This document shows positions 20,161 through 29,094 of a stretch of 64,000 bases of DNA, piece by piece (the stretch's first letter is position 1; each line of letters opens with the position of its first letter). This DNA comes from Caldisericota bacterium (lineage in GTDB: Bacteria > Caldisericota > Caldisericia > JAAYUI01), in contig JAKPMO010000004.1 in assembly GCA_029548865.1 (NCBI GenBank), forward strand, positions 128,001 through 192,000. Direction: 5' to 3'. The notes under the pieces were generated by a model. It made no database searches and was not told the origin of the DNA. It was given only the letters and a program-made list of their open reading frames with translations. The position numbers were made by a program, and so were the translations under genes.

Positions 20161-22869
20161 ATGCTCCCAGTTCCACTACCAAGAACAAAAACGAAAAAAC
20201 CCAGAGGATTCCCGTTTCTGGGTTTTTTCGTGCTTATTATTCTGGTGGTAGTTTTTTCTGCGGCCTTCTACCTTGCGTTCATTGTTTCAGACTATGATGT
20301 CAGGTGGCTGCCCACAATCCTTGACCCACAAAACCATAAACCGCCAAATCCCCACGAGACTGTAAATGAAACAAACAGGATCTTTGATGCCGAGGGGAAC
20401 CTTATCCATGAGTTCCATGGCGATGAGGACAGGATATATGTCCCGCTCGAACAAATTTCCGAATGGGCCAGAAAAGCAATCATCGCGTCTGAAGATGTAA
20501 GGTTTTATTACCACAAGGGTTTTGACATGAGGGCCACACTGAGAGCATTTTTCAAAAATGTCCAGACGCGAGAAGCCTCTGAGGGTGGCTCAACTATCAC
20601 CCAGCAGCTTGCCAGAAACATGTACCTTGGAACTGGGAAAACCCTTTCAAACGAGAGGACTTTTACAAGAAAGCTAAAAGAGTTGCTGCTGGCTCGAAAA
20701 ATAGAGCAAGCCTACTCTAAAAATGAAATCCTCGAATTCTACCTGAATCAGGTCTACTTTGGCTCAAGGGCCTACGGAATAGAGTCTGCGGCAAAGAGAT
20801 ATTTTGGCATTCCAGCCAAAAACCTTACGCTTGCACAGTCATCGATGCTTGCAGGCGTCCTGTCTTCGCCATCATTTAATAACCCGTATGACAATCTGGC
20901 AGAGGCCAAAAAAGCGCAGGAAGTTGTTCTCGAAAAGATGGCCAAAAATGGTTTTATAACCGATGTCCAGATGGAAAAGGCATCAAAGGAGAAGCTCAAT
21001 TTCCGGCCATATTCCATCCAGCTTAAGGCTGGCGATTCCCTAGGTTATTTCATAGATTACGTCAAAGACGAGCTTTACGACAAACTTGGAGAGTTCCCAA
21101 TCAAAAAGGGTGGCCTAGACATATACACAACCATAAACCAGGACTGCCAAAAGTATGCCGTTCAAGCCGTTAACAAAGTCCTTGGAGAAGCCATAAAAGC
21201 TGGTGATTTTGGCAAAATTCAAAAAGATAAGCTTGGAGTTGAACAGCCGCAGGTGGCCCTTTGTGCCATTGATGCCGATACTGGCCAGATACAGGCAATG
21301 GTTGGCGGAAGGGACTACAAGAACACCCAATACAACAGGTGCACAGCGTTAAGACAGCCTGGCTCTTCATTTAAAATACTTGTTTACAGCGCCGCACTCC
21401 AGCATGGCGTCCTCTCACCATCAAGTCTGGTCCGCTCCAGCCCGATTTCAATTGGTGACTGGCAGCCAAAGGAATGGTTCAGGGGATATTTTGGAACTGT
21501 AACAGTCAAATATGCTCTCCAGGAATCAAGCAATATCTGTGCAATAAGGGCAGCTCTGAAGGTCGGGCTTGGCAATGTTGTCGCGACAGCCAAAAAAATG
21601 GGCATCAGCACATCAAAATTGCTTGCCGTGCCATCTATTGCCATTGGCTATGTAGAGGTCAAACCCATCGAAATGGCTTCCGTTGGCCAAACTATTTCAA
21701 ACTATGGAACCCACATACCACCAATTGCCATCAAGAGGATAGAGAACAGAAAAACAGGCAAGACCATTGACCCTGCCTATGGGCAACCAACCAGGGCAAT
21801 CGATGAGCCAACAGCATACGACATGATCTCGATGCTGAAGAATGTTGTTGAGCGAGGCACTGGGATGTCGGCCAAAGTGCCAGGCGTCCCGTGCGCTGGC
21901 AAAACAGGAACTACAGGCTCCTTTAGAGATGGCTGGTTTGTTGGCTTTACCCCTGAAATCTCTGCCTCGGTTTACCTTGGCTCTGACTCCAGAGAGGTTG
22001 ATTTGTCATTTGTTTCCAACTATGGATCAAAATATTCAGCACGCATCTGGAAAGAGTTTATTTCGATGTATTCAAAGGGCAGGACGATCAAGGACTGGGT
22101 GGACAAAAACCCTGATGATTACGTCAGAGTGAGGGTCTGTGAGGAAACTGGTCTTATAGCAAACGACACCTGCCCGGGCTATTACATGCTTGTAAGAAAG
22201 AGCAAGATGCCCAGTGAGAGATGTAAAATAGACCACCCAAAGAAGATTTTTGTAACAATATGCAAAGAAACCAAGCTCCTGGCCAATCAATATTGCCCTG
22301 AAAAAGAAAAGGTTGAGTTTGAGCTTGGCAAGGAACCAAAAAAGTTTTGCGAAGTCCATAAAAAACCTGAAGACAAGAAACCTGAAGAACAGGACAAACA
22401 AACCGATGAAGAAAAGCAGTCTTCAGGGAAAGACACCCAGAAACCACCCACCAAAAAGCCTTCCACCGAGAAGCCTGGCAATGGAGGAAAAGACACGACT
22501 CCCGGCACAAAACCACCAATTGACAAGCCAAATCCAGAGCCACAACCCCAACCTGAACCGGAGCCACAGCCGCAGCCAGAGCCTGAGCCCCAACCTGAAC
22601 CGGAGCCAAGGTACTTTTTTGTCTCCCCAAGCCAGGCCTCAGCCTCAGTTGGTGAATTTGTCAGGTTTGACTACGTTTTCAATTACGAAGGGGTCAGCTG
22701 GGTAACGATGTATGTGGACGGTGTCCAGGTGGACACAGCAACGAGCTTCCCATGGTCAATTGTCTGGGCGCCGAGATCGGCCAAAACCTATAATCTCCTT
22801 TTTATTCTCTACAATGATGCGGGTGGAAGGGTGGCCGAGTATTCAAGGTCATACACGGTGTACCCATGA
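20161..22869 (+). CDS. Class A penicillin-binding protein with Cys-rich repeats, Pro-rich linker and terminal Ig-like domain
   Basis: EDVRF, GGSTITQQ, SSFK, SSN and KTGT motifs; C-terminal PEPQ repeats followed by a beta-rich domain. Confidence 0.93.
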   Translation: MLPVPLPRTKTKKPRGFPFLGFFVLIILVVVFSAAFYLAFIVSDYDVRWLPTILDPQNHKPPNPHETVNETNRIFDAEGNLIHEFHGDEDRIYVPLEQISEWARKAIIASEDVRFYYHKGFDMRATLRAFFKNVQTREASEGGSTITQQLARNMYLGTGKTLSNERTFTRKLKELLLARKIEQAYSKNEILEFYLNQVYFGSRAYGIESAAKRYFGIPAKNLTLAQSSMLAGVLSSPSFNNPYDNLAEAKKAQEVVLEKMAKNGFITDVQMEKASKEKLNFRPYSIQLKAGDSLGYFIDYVKDELYDKLGEFPIKKGGLDIYTTINQDCQKYAVQAVNKVLGEAIKAGDFGKIQKDKLGVEQPQVALCAIDADTGQIQAMVGGRDYKNTQYNRCTALRQPGSSFKILVYSAALQHGVLSPSSLVRSSPISIGDWQPKEWFRGYFGTVTVKYALQESSNICAIRAALKVGLGNVVATAKKMGISTSKLLAVPSIAIGYVEVKPIEMASVGQTISNYGTHIPPIAIKRIENRKTGKTIDPAYGQPTRAIDEPTAYDMISMLKNVVERGTGMSAKVPGVPCAGKTGTTGSFRDGWFVGFTPEISASVYLGSDSREVDLSFVSNYGSKYSARIWKEFISMYSKGRTIKDWVDKNPDDYVRVRVCEETGLIANDTCPGYYMLVRKSKMPSERCKIDHPKKIFVTICKETKLLANQYCPEKEKVEFELGKEPKKFCEVHKKPEDKKPEEQDKQTDEEKQSSGKDTQKPPTKKPSTEKPGNGGKDTTPGTKPPIDKPNPEPQPQPEPEPQPQPEPEPQPEPEPRYFFVSPSQASASVGEFVRFDYVFNYEGVSWVTMYVDGVQVDTATSFPWSIVWAPRSAKTYNLLFILYNDAGGRVAEYSRSYTVYP
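22531..22608 (+). repeat. Coding low-complexity repeat (NPEPQPQPEPEPQPQPEPEPQPEPEP linker)
   Basis: Degenerate repeats, e.g. ccccaacctgaaccggagcca occurs twice. Confidence 0.8.
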
Positions 22870-23468
22870 GTGGTAAATTCATTGTTTTTGAGGGTGTTGA
22901 CGGCGCAGGAAAAACCACACAGATGAAACTCCTTCACAAAAAACTCACAACTATAGGGCATGATTGCATCATGACTTACGAGCCTGGTGACAATTCGGTT
23001 GGTGTGAGTGTCAGAAAGTTTCTGATAGAAAAGGACCTTGATGCAGTTTCGGAGGCACTCCTTTTTGCTTTTGACAGGGCTGTTCATATAAGGGAGGTTG
23101 TGCGTCCCGCCATCGATGAAGGCAAGATAGTGCTTTGTGACAGGTTTCTTATGTCCTCGCTGGTTTACCAGGGGATTGCCAGGGGGCTTGGTGAAGAATG
23201 GATAAACGAAATAAACAGCAAGGGGCTGGGAGGGCTTGTCCCAGACGTAACTTTGGTATTTGATATCGCAGTTGACATGGCTCTCAAAAGAGTTCAAAAT
23301 GCTAACAGGTTTGAGAACACTTCCCTGCAGGAAAAGGTGAGGGAAGGATTTATAAAAAAATCAGGAGAGACCCCAAACACTTTCCTAATTGAAGCTGGCA
23401 GGAGCGAAGAAGAGGTGTTCCTCTCAGTGTGGGAAAAGGTTTCGTGGTTGCTCAAGGAGGAAAAATGA
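22866..23468 (+). CDS. tmk: Thymidylate kinase
   Basis: FEGVDGAGKTT, CDRF, YQG and PD motifs. Confidence 0.95.
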   Translation: MSGKFIVFEGVDGAGKTTQMKLLHKKLTTIGHDCIMTYEPGDNSVGVSVRKFLIEKDLDAVSEALLFAFDRAVHIREVVRPAIDEGKIVLCDRFLMSSLVYQGIARGLGEEWINEINSKGLGGLVPDVTLVFDIAVDMALKRVQNANRFENTSLQEKVREGFIKKSGETPNTFLIEAGRSEEEVFLSVWEKVSWLLKEEK

Positions 23469-23794
23469 AACTTATTGCCGCAATAATCCAGCAGGAAGAC
23501 GCAAACGAAGCAACTGCAGAACTTCTCCAGAACGGCTATAAAATAACAAAGCTAAGAGGTATTGGCGGTTTTCTTGAAGAGGGCAACCTTGTTCTTTTGA
23601 TTGGTGTCGAAGACGCCCATGTACCAAAGGTTCTCCAGATTTTTCAGAAAACATGTGTTGCAAGAGACAGATACATCAACGCCCTGCCGTTTGTCCCGAT
23701 GGAGGGAATGCCACCACTTTCGTTCCCGGTGAAAGTGACCGTTGGTGGCGCAAAGATTTTCGTGCTTCCTGTCGAAGAATTCCACATGCTGTGA
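23465..23794 (+). CDS. darA: PII-like cyclic-di-AMP receptor (DarA/PstA/YaaQ family)
   Basis: MKLIAAIIQxxD, GGFLxxGN, LLIGVED and VGGAxIFVLPVE motifs; tmk-yaaQ-holB synteny. Confidence 0.88.
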   Translation: MKLIAAIIQQEDANEATAELLQNGYKITKLRGIGGFLEEGNLVLLIGVEDAHVPKVLQIFQKTCVARDRYINALPFVPMEGMPPLSFPVKVTVGGAKIFVLPVEEFHML

Positions 23795-24744
23795 TGGGTC
23801 TTTCGGATTTACCCATACAACCGTTTTTTACCAAGCGTTTTAAAAACCACATAGCTTCGCTAAGGGTTTCTGCAAGCTATATATTTGTTGGGACAGAGTC
23901 AAGGGGTGCCTCCATTTTGGCGAGGGCCTTTGCAAAAACGCTAAACTGTGAGAAGCAGGATTCCGATTTTTGTGGCGTTTGCCATTCATGCAGGATGATT
24001 GAAGCCCAGACGCATCCTGATGTGAAGATCTATGATCCCGGCGATGCAAGATTTGGAATAGGTCTTGCAAGACAAGTGCAGCAGGAATCGATGGAGTCCA
24101 ATTATAGCGCCAGGTACAGGGTGAACATCCTCAAGAACGCACACTCCATGACGACTGAGGCCCAGAACGCCCTGCTCAAGCTTCTTGAGGACGGAAAGCC
24201 AAACTGCACCAACGTTCTCCTTTCGGAGAGTCTTGACGAGATACTGCCAACGATACAGTCAAGATCAATCATTTTGAGGTTGCCGCCACTCCCTGTCGGC
24301 CCTTCTGCCGCCCTGCTTGTTGAAAAAGGTCTTGCAGAAGAAATTGCAAAAAGGGAGTCTGAAAGTTTTCTGGGCGACATCTCTCTTAGCGCGTGGATGG
24401 CGGAAAACACAGAGAAAACTGAACAGCTGCTTCAGGTCATGACAAGTTTTGGCGAAGGTACAGTTCTCCCTTTGCTTGCTGTTCTTGAAGATGATGAAAA
24501 TCTCGAATATATTTTGCACTTGGTGCGAGAAGTTCTCCATAGGGCGGTCCTTCTGAAACACGGAATTCATATTGATGGTGCATTCCTTGAGAAGGCTGTT
24601 CCAAAAATTGCCAGCATGCCTCAAGAGAGGCTGCAAACAATTGAGAGGGCCCTCGCAGAAACGGAAAGGTTATGGAAGACACAATCGAAAAAAACGACGT
24701 TGGCACAGGCAATGTTCCTGAGGGCATGGACGTCGTCGGCATAA
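23794..24744 (+). CDS. holB: DNA polymerase III delta' subunit
   Basis: Zinc module LNC..CGVCHSC; HPD, AQNALLKLLE and LPTIQSR motifs; synteny. Confidence 0.88.
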   Translation: MGLSDLPIQPFFTKRFKNHIASLRVSASYIFVGTESRGASILARAFAKTLNCEKQDSDFCGVCHSCRMIEAQTHPDVKIYDPGDARFGIGLARQVQQESMESNYSARYRVNILKNAHSMTTEAQNALLKLLEDGKPNCTNVLLSESLDEILPTIQSRSIILRLPPLPVGPSAALLVEKGLAEEIAKRESESFLGDISLSAWMAENTEKTEQLLQVMTSFGEGTVLPLLAVLEDDENLEYILHLVREVLHRAVLLKHGIHIDGAFLEKAVPKIASMPQERLQTIERALAETERLWKTQSKKTTLAQAMFLRAWTSSA

Positions 24745-25784
24745 AATTCAGGGGAAGCAACAAGGTATATCACTTTCTTACGGACGAGATCGGATTAAGG
24801 CCCGGTGATGCCGTGGTTGCCCTCACTGAAAAAGGTATTGATATTGGTCATGTGACCTACACAACCCAAAAAGTGGAGAACCCGGCAGGGCTCAAAAAAC
24901 TGCTCCGCAGGGCAACAGCGCTTGACCTTATAAGGTTCCATGAAAATATGGCCCTGGAGAATGTTGCCAGGGTTGAGGCCCAGAAACTTGCTGATTCAAT
25001 GAATCTCCAGATGCAGTTTGTTGTTGCCTGCTACAACCTCGACAGGTCAAAGGTGACCCTGTATTTCATGGCTGAAAAGAGAATTGACTTCAGGGAATTT
25101 GTCAGGGAACTCTCCAAAAAACTCCATATTAAAGTTGAACTGTGGCAGATCGGACAAAGGGACGAAACGAGACTGTTTGGTGGGATTGGCCCATGCAACA
25201 AGGTTTTTTGTTGCGCAACTTTCCTCAACTCAAAAGAGTCAGTCACCATTAAAGATGCAAAATGCCAGAGGCTCGATATTAACCCACAGAAGATAACAGG
25301 AATGTGTGGAAAACTGATGTGCTGCCTGAAGTATGAGGTTGACACATACAAAGAAGCATTACAGGATTTTCCTGAAGACGGGGAAACGGTGCTTTATTCA
25401 GGCCAGGAGTGCAAGGTCCAGAGCGTAAATCCGTTTGCCAGGACTGTAACAGTTACAGGCCCAGAAGTGTCTATCGTAACGGTCAAGATAGAGGAAATAT
25501 CAAGAAACTACCATGGCGAGTGGATCCCTGCAATCGGCTCGTATGAGAAGATGTCAGAGCAAAAAGCTGAAAGAGCAAGAATCAGCTTTGAAAATGCAGA
25601 ACTGGCAAAAACCAGGAAGAAAAAAAAGAAAGATAAACCGAGTGTCAGGCCCCCACACCATGGCCAGCCTGGTGACCAACCCTCGCAAGGACAGTTTCAG
25701 CACCAGTCACATGAAGTCCTGGATGAACAAGAACATCATAATCATCCCCCCACAGAACAAGATCAACCTGAGAGCCCCTTTTGA
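24672..25784 (+). CDS. yaaT: PSP1/YaaT (RicT) family Fe-S protein
   Basis: RIDFREFVRELS, GGIGPCxxxxCC and GMCGKLMCCLKYE motifs. Confidence 0.9.
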   Translation: MEDTIEKNDVGTGNVPEGMDVVGIKFRGSNKVYHFLTDEIGLRPGDAVVALTEKGIDIGHVTYTTQKVENPAGLKKLLRRATALDLIRFHENMALENVARVEAQKLADSMNLQMQFVVACYNLDRSKVTLYFMAEKRIDFREFVRELSKKLHIKVELWQIGQRDETRLFGGIGPCNKVFCCATFLNSKESVTIKDAKCQRLDINPQKITGMCGKLMCCLKYEVDTYKEALQDFPEDGETVLYSGQECKVQSVNPFARTVTVTGPEVSIVTVKIEEISRNYHGEWIPAIGSYEKMSEQKAERARISFENAELAKTRKKKKKDKPSVRPPHHGQPGDQPSQGQFQHQSHEVLDEQEHHNHPPTEQDQPESPF

Positions 25785-26367
25785 TAAAGCTGACTTTTTG
25801 CCCCTGGTTGATGTAATCGTTCTCTGATACGAAACAGTCTATCTTGTTGACTACCTTGTCGGCAATTTCAATCATGGCCATCTTTATAGGGCCCTCAATA
25901 AATATGGTGTTTCTTTCATTCACAAGCTGATATTTTGCCCCAAGAAGGTTTACTGCCCTGCGGAGCCAACAAAACTGTATGTACTCCCAGAGGTCAACCA
26001 TTGGCAGATTCAGCTTTGCCTGTGTGTGGACAACCTTTGTTATTTTCCCTGATATTGGCGCGTAGTTGAAATGGACATCAAAGGGAGACATGTATATTCC
26101 AAAAAGAAGCCCTTTCTGGGGTTTGTCATCAGATTTGGAAATTTCCTCAACCTTTATTTTTGTACCGAGTTTTTCGCACTCAACTTGCCCGTTTTCGATC
26201 TTTTTTACATACATGAGCATGCCGTCGCACGGCGAGACAATAACAGATGAGTCTCCAAGAGAAGTTCTTGGTGGGTCCCTGAAGAACCAGATGTTTCTTT
26301 TCCAGTGCTGGTAAAGAAAATTTAGGCCAATCAGCACCACAATAATGCCCAGAATCCAGTAAACCAC
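25645..26367 (-). CDS. psd: Phosphatidylserine decarboxylase proenzyme (short type)
   Basis: FFRDP, SPCDG, IYMSPFDVHFNYAP and NERN motifs; pyruvoyl site GS in KRGSQVD; GTG start after GGAGG; TGnTATAAT upstream. Confidence 0.88.
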   Translation of the reverse strand: MVYWILGIIVVLIGLNFLYQHWKRNIWFFRDPPRTSLGDSSVIVSPCDGMLMYVKKIENGQVECEKLGTKIKVEEISKSDDKPQKGLLFGIYMSPFDVHFNYAPISGKITKVVHTQAKLNLPMVDLWEYIQFCWLRRAVNLLGAKYQLVNERNTIFIEGPIKMAMIEIADKVVNKIDCFVSENDYINQGQKVSFIKRGSQVDLVLWGDDYDVLVHPGLHVTGAETVLARVGHQAGHGVGA

Positions 26368-26531
26368 TTGCACCTCCAGCAAAAACAGAATCCTTGGGAT
26401 TATAGCAACAATTGGCCTAGTCGTCCAGAAGCTGTGCTTTTCTGTGGTTACTTAATCCTGATAAAATCAATATCTCATGGACATGTGAGTATTTGAAAAT
26501 TAGATAAATTATTGATAAACAAAAAAATTGC

Positions 26532-26690
26532 TTATTGTTGTTTTCTACCAGTAGTGAGCCAGTAAATTCCAATGATTACCAATCCAAAAACGAAATAGAG
26601 CATCCACCCAAGCAAATCAAAAACAAACCCAACAACCAAAACCACAGAAACAGAGAGTACTCCCAGGATTATCCAAAAGACGTTTTTCAT
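26532..26690 (-). CDS. 52-aa two-TM small membrane protein (below the ORF-track cutoff)
   Basis: MKNVFWIILGVLSVSVVLVVGFVFDLLGWMLYFVFGLVIIGIYWLTTGRKQQ*. Its ATG overlaps the upstream stop (TAATG) and an AAGGA SD is present. Confidence 0.75.
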   Translation of the reverse strand: MKNVFWIILGVLSVSVVLVVGFVFDLLGWMLYFVFGLVIIGIYWLTTGRKQQ

Positions 26691-27670
26691 TACTTTTCCT
26701 TTAGCCATTTATATGTGACGTATGGAAATTTGGGCGCATAGTAACCCAAAAAACCTGCGGTCGGTTGAAGAAATTTTCCAACAAACGGAGATGGTTTTTT
26801 ATAGAGGATGCCGTCCATTCTATAGAGTGAATCGATGTGCCTGTAGGTTTCTTCTAGCCCGTATTTCTCATACATCTTGGCAGTGGTGTCTGATTGCGTG
26901 TGCTGAATCAGCTCAACCGGGAAGTTGGAGTATTTGTTCAAATCGCGGGCAAGCTGGACAATCTCGGGGTTTGCGCCATTTGTTATCGCCTGTTCCCTGA
27001 GCTTCTTGTATCTCTCGAGGTCCAGTGAGTAGTGGTCTTTTATTTGCGCAAGCGCATAAACAGCGTCCAAAACATATTTTATTCTACTTGTGCACGTGAC
27101 TGGATCAAGCGCCCTGACCTCTATTGTTCCAAGCCTCCTGCTGATGATGAGGTCCTGAAAACGGTAGAACCTGTCGCCTGTGAGCGGCCCTGTTGCATAG
27201 CCAACAGCCAATCTGTAAGACTGCCCAAACCTCTCCCCCATCCGGAACGGGGCGTTTGCGGTCATGAGCATGATGGCTGGCAGGAAGTGTGCGATATTGT
27301 CATAAGCGCGCTCTATGTCCTCTGGCCCGCCGATATGGATTTGAAGGGCGCAAACGTTCGTTGGGGCATCAATCTGGATAAGATGCCCCAACGGAACGAT
27401 GTATCCCATTGCTATTTTTGACAGTTCGGCCCTCAGCCCTCGAAGCTGGGTTATGATCTCCAGTGGTGAATGGCAGATGTCGGTGGCCACTTCAAGGCCG
27501 CTCATCATGCCATATTTTAGGTCTTTTCCCCTTGCGAAGTTCGATGCCGTGAGGTGATAGTTTCTAGAGGGTTTTTTCCACAGGAGTTTTGCCAGGTAAT
27601 ATAGGGAGCGTGTCGTTGGAAGAAGGGGTTCTGTTACAAAAACCTCTTCCTCAAGGCCGAGTGTAATCAA
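26690..27670 (-). CDS. Glutamate-cysteine ligase family 2 (GCS2/YbdK-like carboxylate-amine ligase)
   Basis: TLGLEEE, LEVAT, QIHIG, TANAPF and GTIEVRALD motifs. Confidence 0.8.
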   Translation of the reverse strand: MITLGLEEEVFVTEPLLPTTRSLYYLAKLLWKKPSRNYHLTASNFARGKDLKYGMMSGLEVATDICHSPLEIITQLRGLRAELSKIAMGYIVPLGHLIQIDAPTNVCALQIHIGGPEDIERAYDNIAHFLPAIMLMTANAPFRMGERFGQSYRLAVGYATGPLTGDRFYRFQDLIISRRLGTIEVRALDPVTCTSRIKYVLDAVYALAQIKDHYSLDLERYKKLREQAITNGANPEIVQLARDLNKYSNFPVELIQHTQSDTTAKMYEKYGLEETYRHIDSLYRMDGILYKKPSPFVGKFLQPTAGFLGYYAPKFPYVTYKWLKEK

Positions 27671-27676
27671 TTGCTA

Positions 27677-28225
27677 CTATTCCTCCTTGGCTACGATATA
27701 GTTCCTATTGTAGAAAGAATAAAAAGGTATCATGATTATCGATGATACTGTTCCTGAGATCAAGTTGAATAAAGGGGCGCTATAATAAATAAATTTGCCC
27801 CATCCTTGAGGATTAAGGCCATACAGTCTTATTGAAACCTCATTTGTTGGAAGCATGATCAATGCCCTGGCAACAACACCAATGAGCAATGCGACACCAA
27901 ACCATATCAAATAGTTTTTGTTTTTTGAAAATGGCTTGAAGACCGCATAAGAAACAAGACAGAATGTTGACAATGCAATAAAATTTGCCGTAAGACCTAT
28001 TGCGTCGGGTGTTACAAGGAAGTGACGCAATATATCTTTAATTGCGATAATCAAGACACCGGCAACCGGCCCAAGCATGAATGTTCCAAGAAGACAAAAA
28101 ATCTCGGAAAAGTCAAACTTTAGAATTGGATCCACCCAGAATGGAATTTGGATCAACATCCCCAAAAACGAAAGACATGACAAGACTCCGATAATTGCGA
28201 TGGTTTTTACAGACAACCTTTTCAT
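27677..28225 (-). CDS. ribU: ECF transporter S component, riboflavin (RibU-like)
   Basis: LKFDFSE, GPVAG, IKDILR and PLFNLI motifs; directly downstream of an FMN riboswitch. Confidence 0.85.
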   Translation of the reverse strand: MKRLSVKTIAIIGVLSCLSFLGMLIQIPFWVDPILKFDFSEIFCLLGTFMLGPVAGVLIIAIKDILRHFLVTPDAIGLTANFIALSTFCLVSYAVFKPFSKNKNYLIWFGVALLIGVVARALIMLPTNEVSIRLYGLNPQGWGKFIYYSAPLFNLISGTVSSIIMIPFYSFYNRNYIVAKEE

Positions 28226-28272
28226 GTAGTGCTCCTTTCCGCCAAGTCGGGGAAAATATACGGAAAGAAGAG

Positions 28273-28388
28273 ACCTTCTTTCATCCGGACTTTACCGTCG
28301 GCCCCGGAATTTCACCGGATCTGCAAGGCCTTGCCTTGCTTGCGGGCTTTACCGCCGATAGGGAATTTCACCCATCCCCGAAGGCAGT
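28273..28388 (-). ncRNA. FMN riboswitch
   Basis: CTTCGGGGATGGGTGAAATTCCCTATCGGCGGTAAAGCCCGC...GATCCGGTGAAATTCCGGGGCCGACGGTAAAGTCCGGATGAAAGAAG matches the RFN element. Confidence 0.95.
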
Positions 28389-28392
28389 CTGG

Positions 28393-28421
28393 ATTCTATA
28401 AAATAATTTGGTTATCTTCAA
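28393..28421 (-). promoter_or_regulatory. Promoter for FMN riboswitch-ribU, inside the 3' end of btuD
   Basis: TTGAAG-17nt-TAGAAT immediately before the aptamer. Confidence 0.55.
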
Positions 28422-29094
28422 GGTCATAAAGCGACCCCAACAGCTCCTGGGTTATGTTTTTCGGTTCGCCCTGCCAGAAAATCCTGCCGTCTTTTAAAAA
28501 CACTGTCCAGTCACAAAAGGCCCTTGCCAGTGATGTGTCATGCACGACCGCAACAGCGCAGTTTTGCGGCCCAAGCCTCTTTTTTATCTCTGCAAATGTC
28601 TTGACCTTGTACTTCAGGTCGAGGTGGGCTGTAGGTTCATCCAGAAGGTAAACCTTGGGGTCCCTGATGACAGTTTGGGCAAGCGATGCCCTTTGCAGTG
28701 TGCCATCGGAAAGGTCTGAAATAGGGGTGTTTCTGAACGCCACAAGGTCAAAGTCTTGTAAAACATTGTCCAGCCTGTTTTTATCGGCTACGGTCAATCC
28801 AAGCGACACATAGGCAGAGAGAGGGAGTTTGATTGTTCCGGATTTTACCGGTCTCTGGACTGCGACCGTTTTTGACAATTCGTCGAGTGTGTAGCTTTTT
28901 GTATTTTTGCCAAGCACTGATATGCTGCCTGAGAAAGTTTTTGCGATGCCAAAGAATGTTTTTATAATGGTCGACTTACCAGAGCCATTGGGCCCCATCA
29001 GGCCGACAAGTTTTGAGTTCTCGACATCAAACGAAACATCATCAATGACAACTTTGCTCCCGTATCCGGCCCTCAGGTTTCTGACTTTTACCAT
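28396..29094 (-). CDS. btuD: Cobalamin ABC transporter ATPase (BtuD-like); true start likely ATG 29094
   Basis: GPNGSGKST, LSDG signature variant, LLDEPTAHLD and H-loop. Confidence 0.85.
   Translation of the reverse strand: MVKVRNLRAGYGSKVVIDDVSFDVENSKLVGLMGPNGSGKSTIIKTFFGIAKTFSGSISVLGKNTKSYTLDELSKTVAVQRPVKSGTIKLPLSAYVSLGLTVADKNRLDNVLQDFDLVAFRNTPISDLSDGTLQRASLAQTVIRDPKVYLLDEPTAHLDLKYKVKTFAEIKKRLGPQNCAVAVVHDTSLARAFCDWTVFLKDGRIFWQGEPKNITQELLGSLYDLEDNQIIL

Noticed and set aside
22531..22608. Possible CRISPR array or mobile repeat
   Set aside because: It is a codon-degenerate Pro/Glu/Gln linker inside a PBP, with no spacers.
26400..26531. ncRNA or Fur box in the AT-rich gap before psd
   Set aside because: Only a weak imperfect hairpin and a poor motif match.
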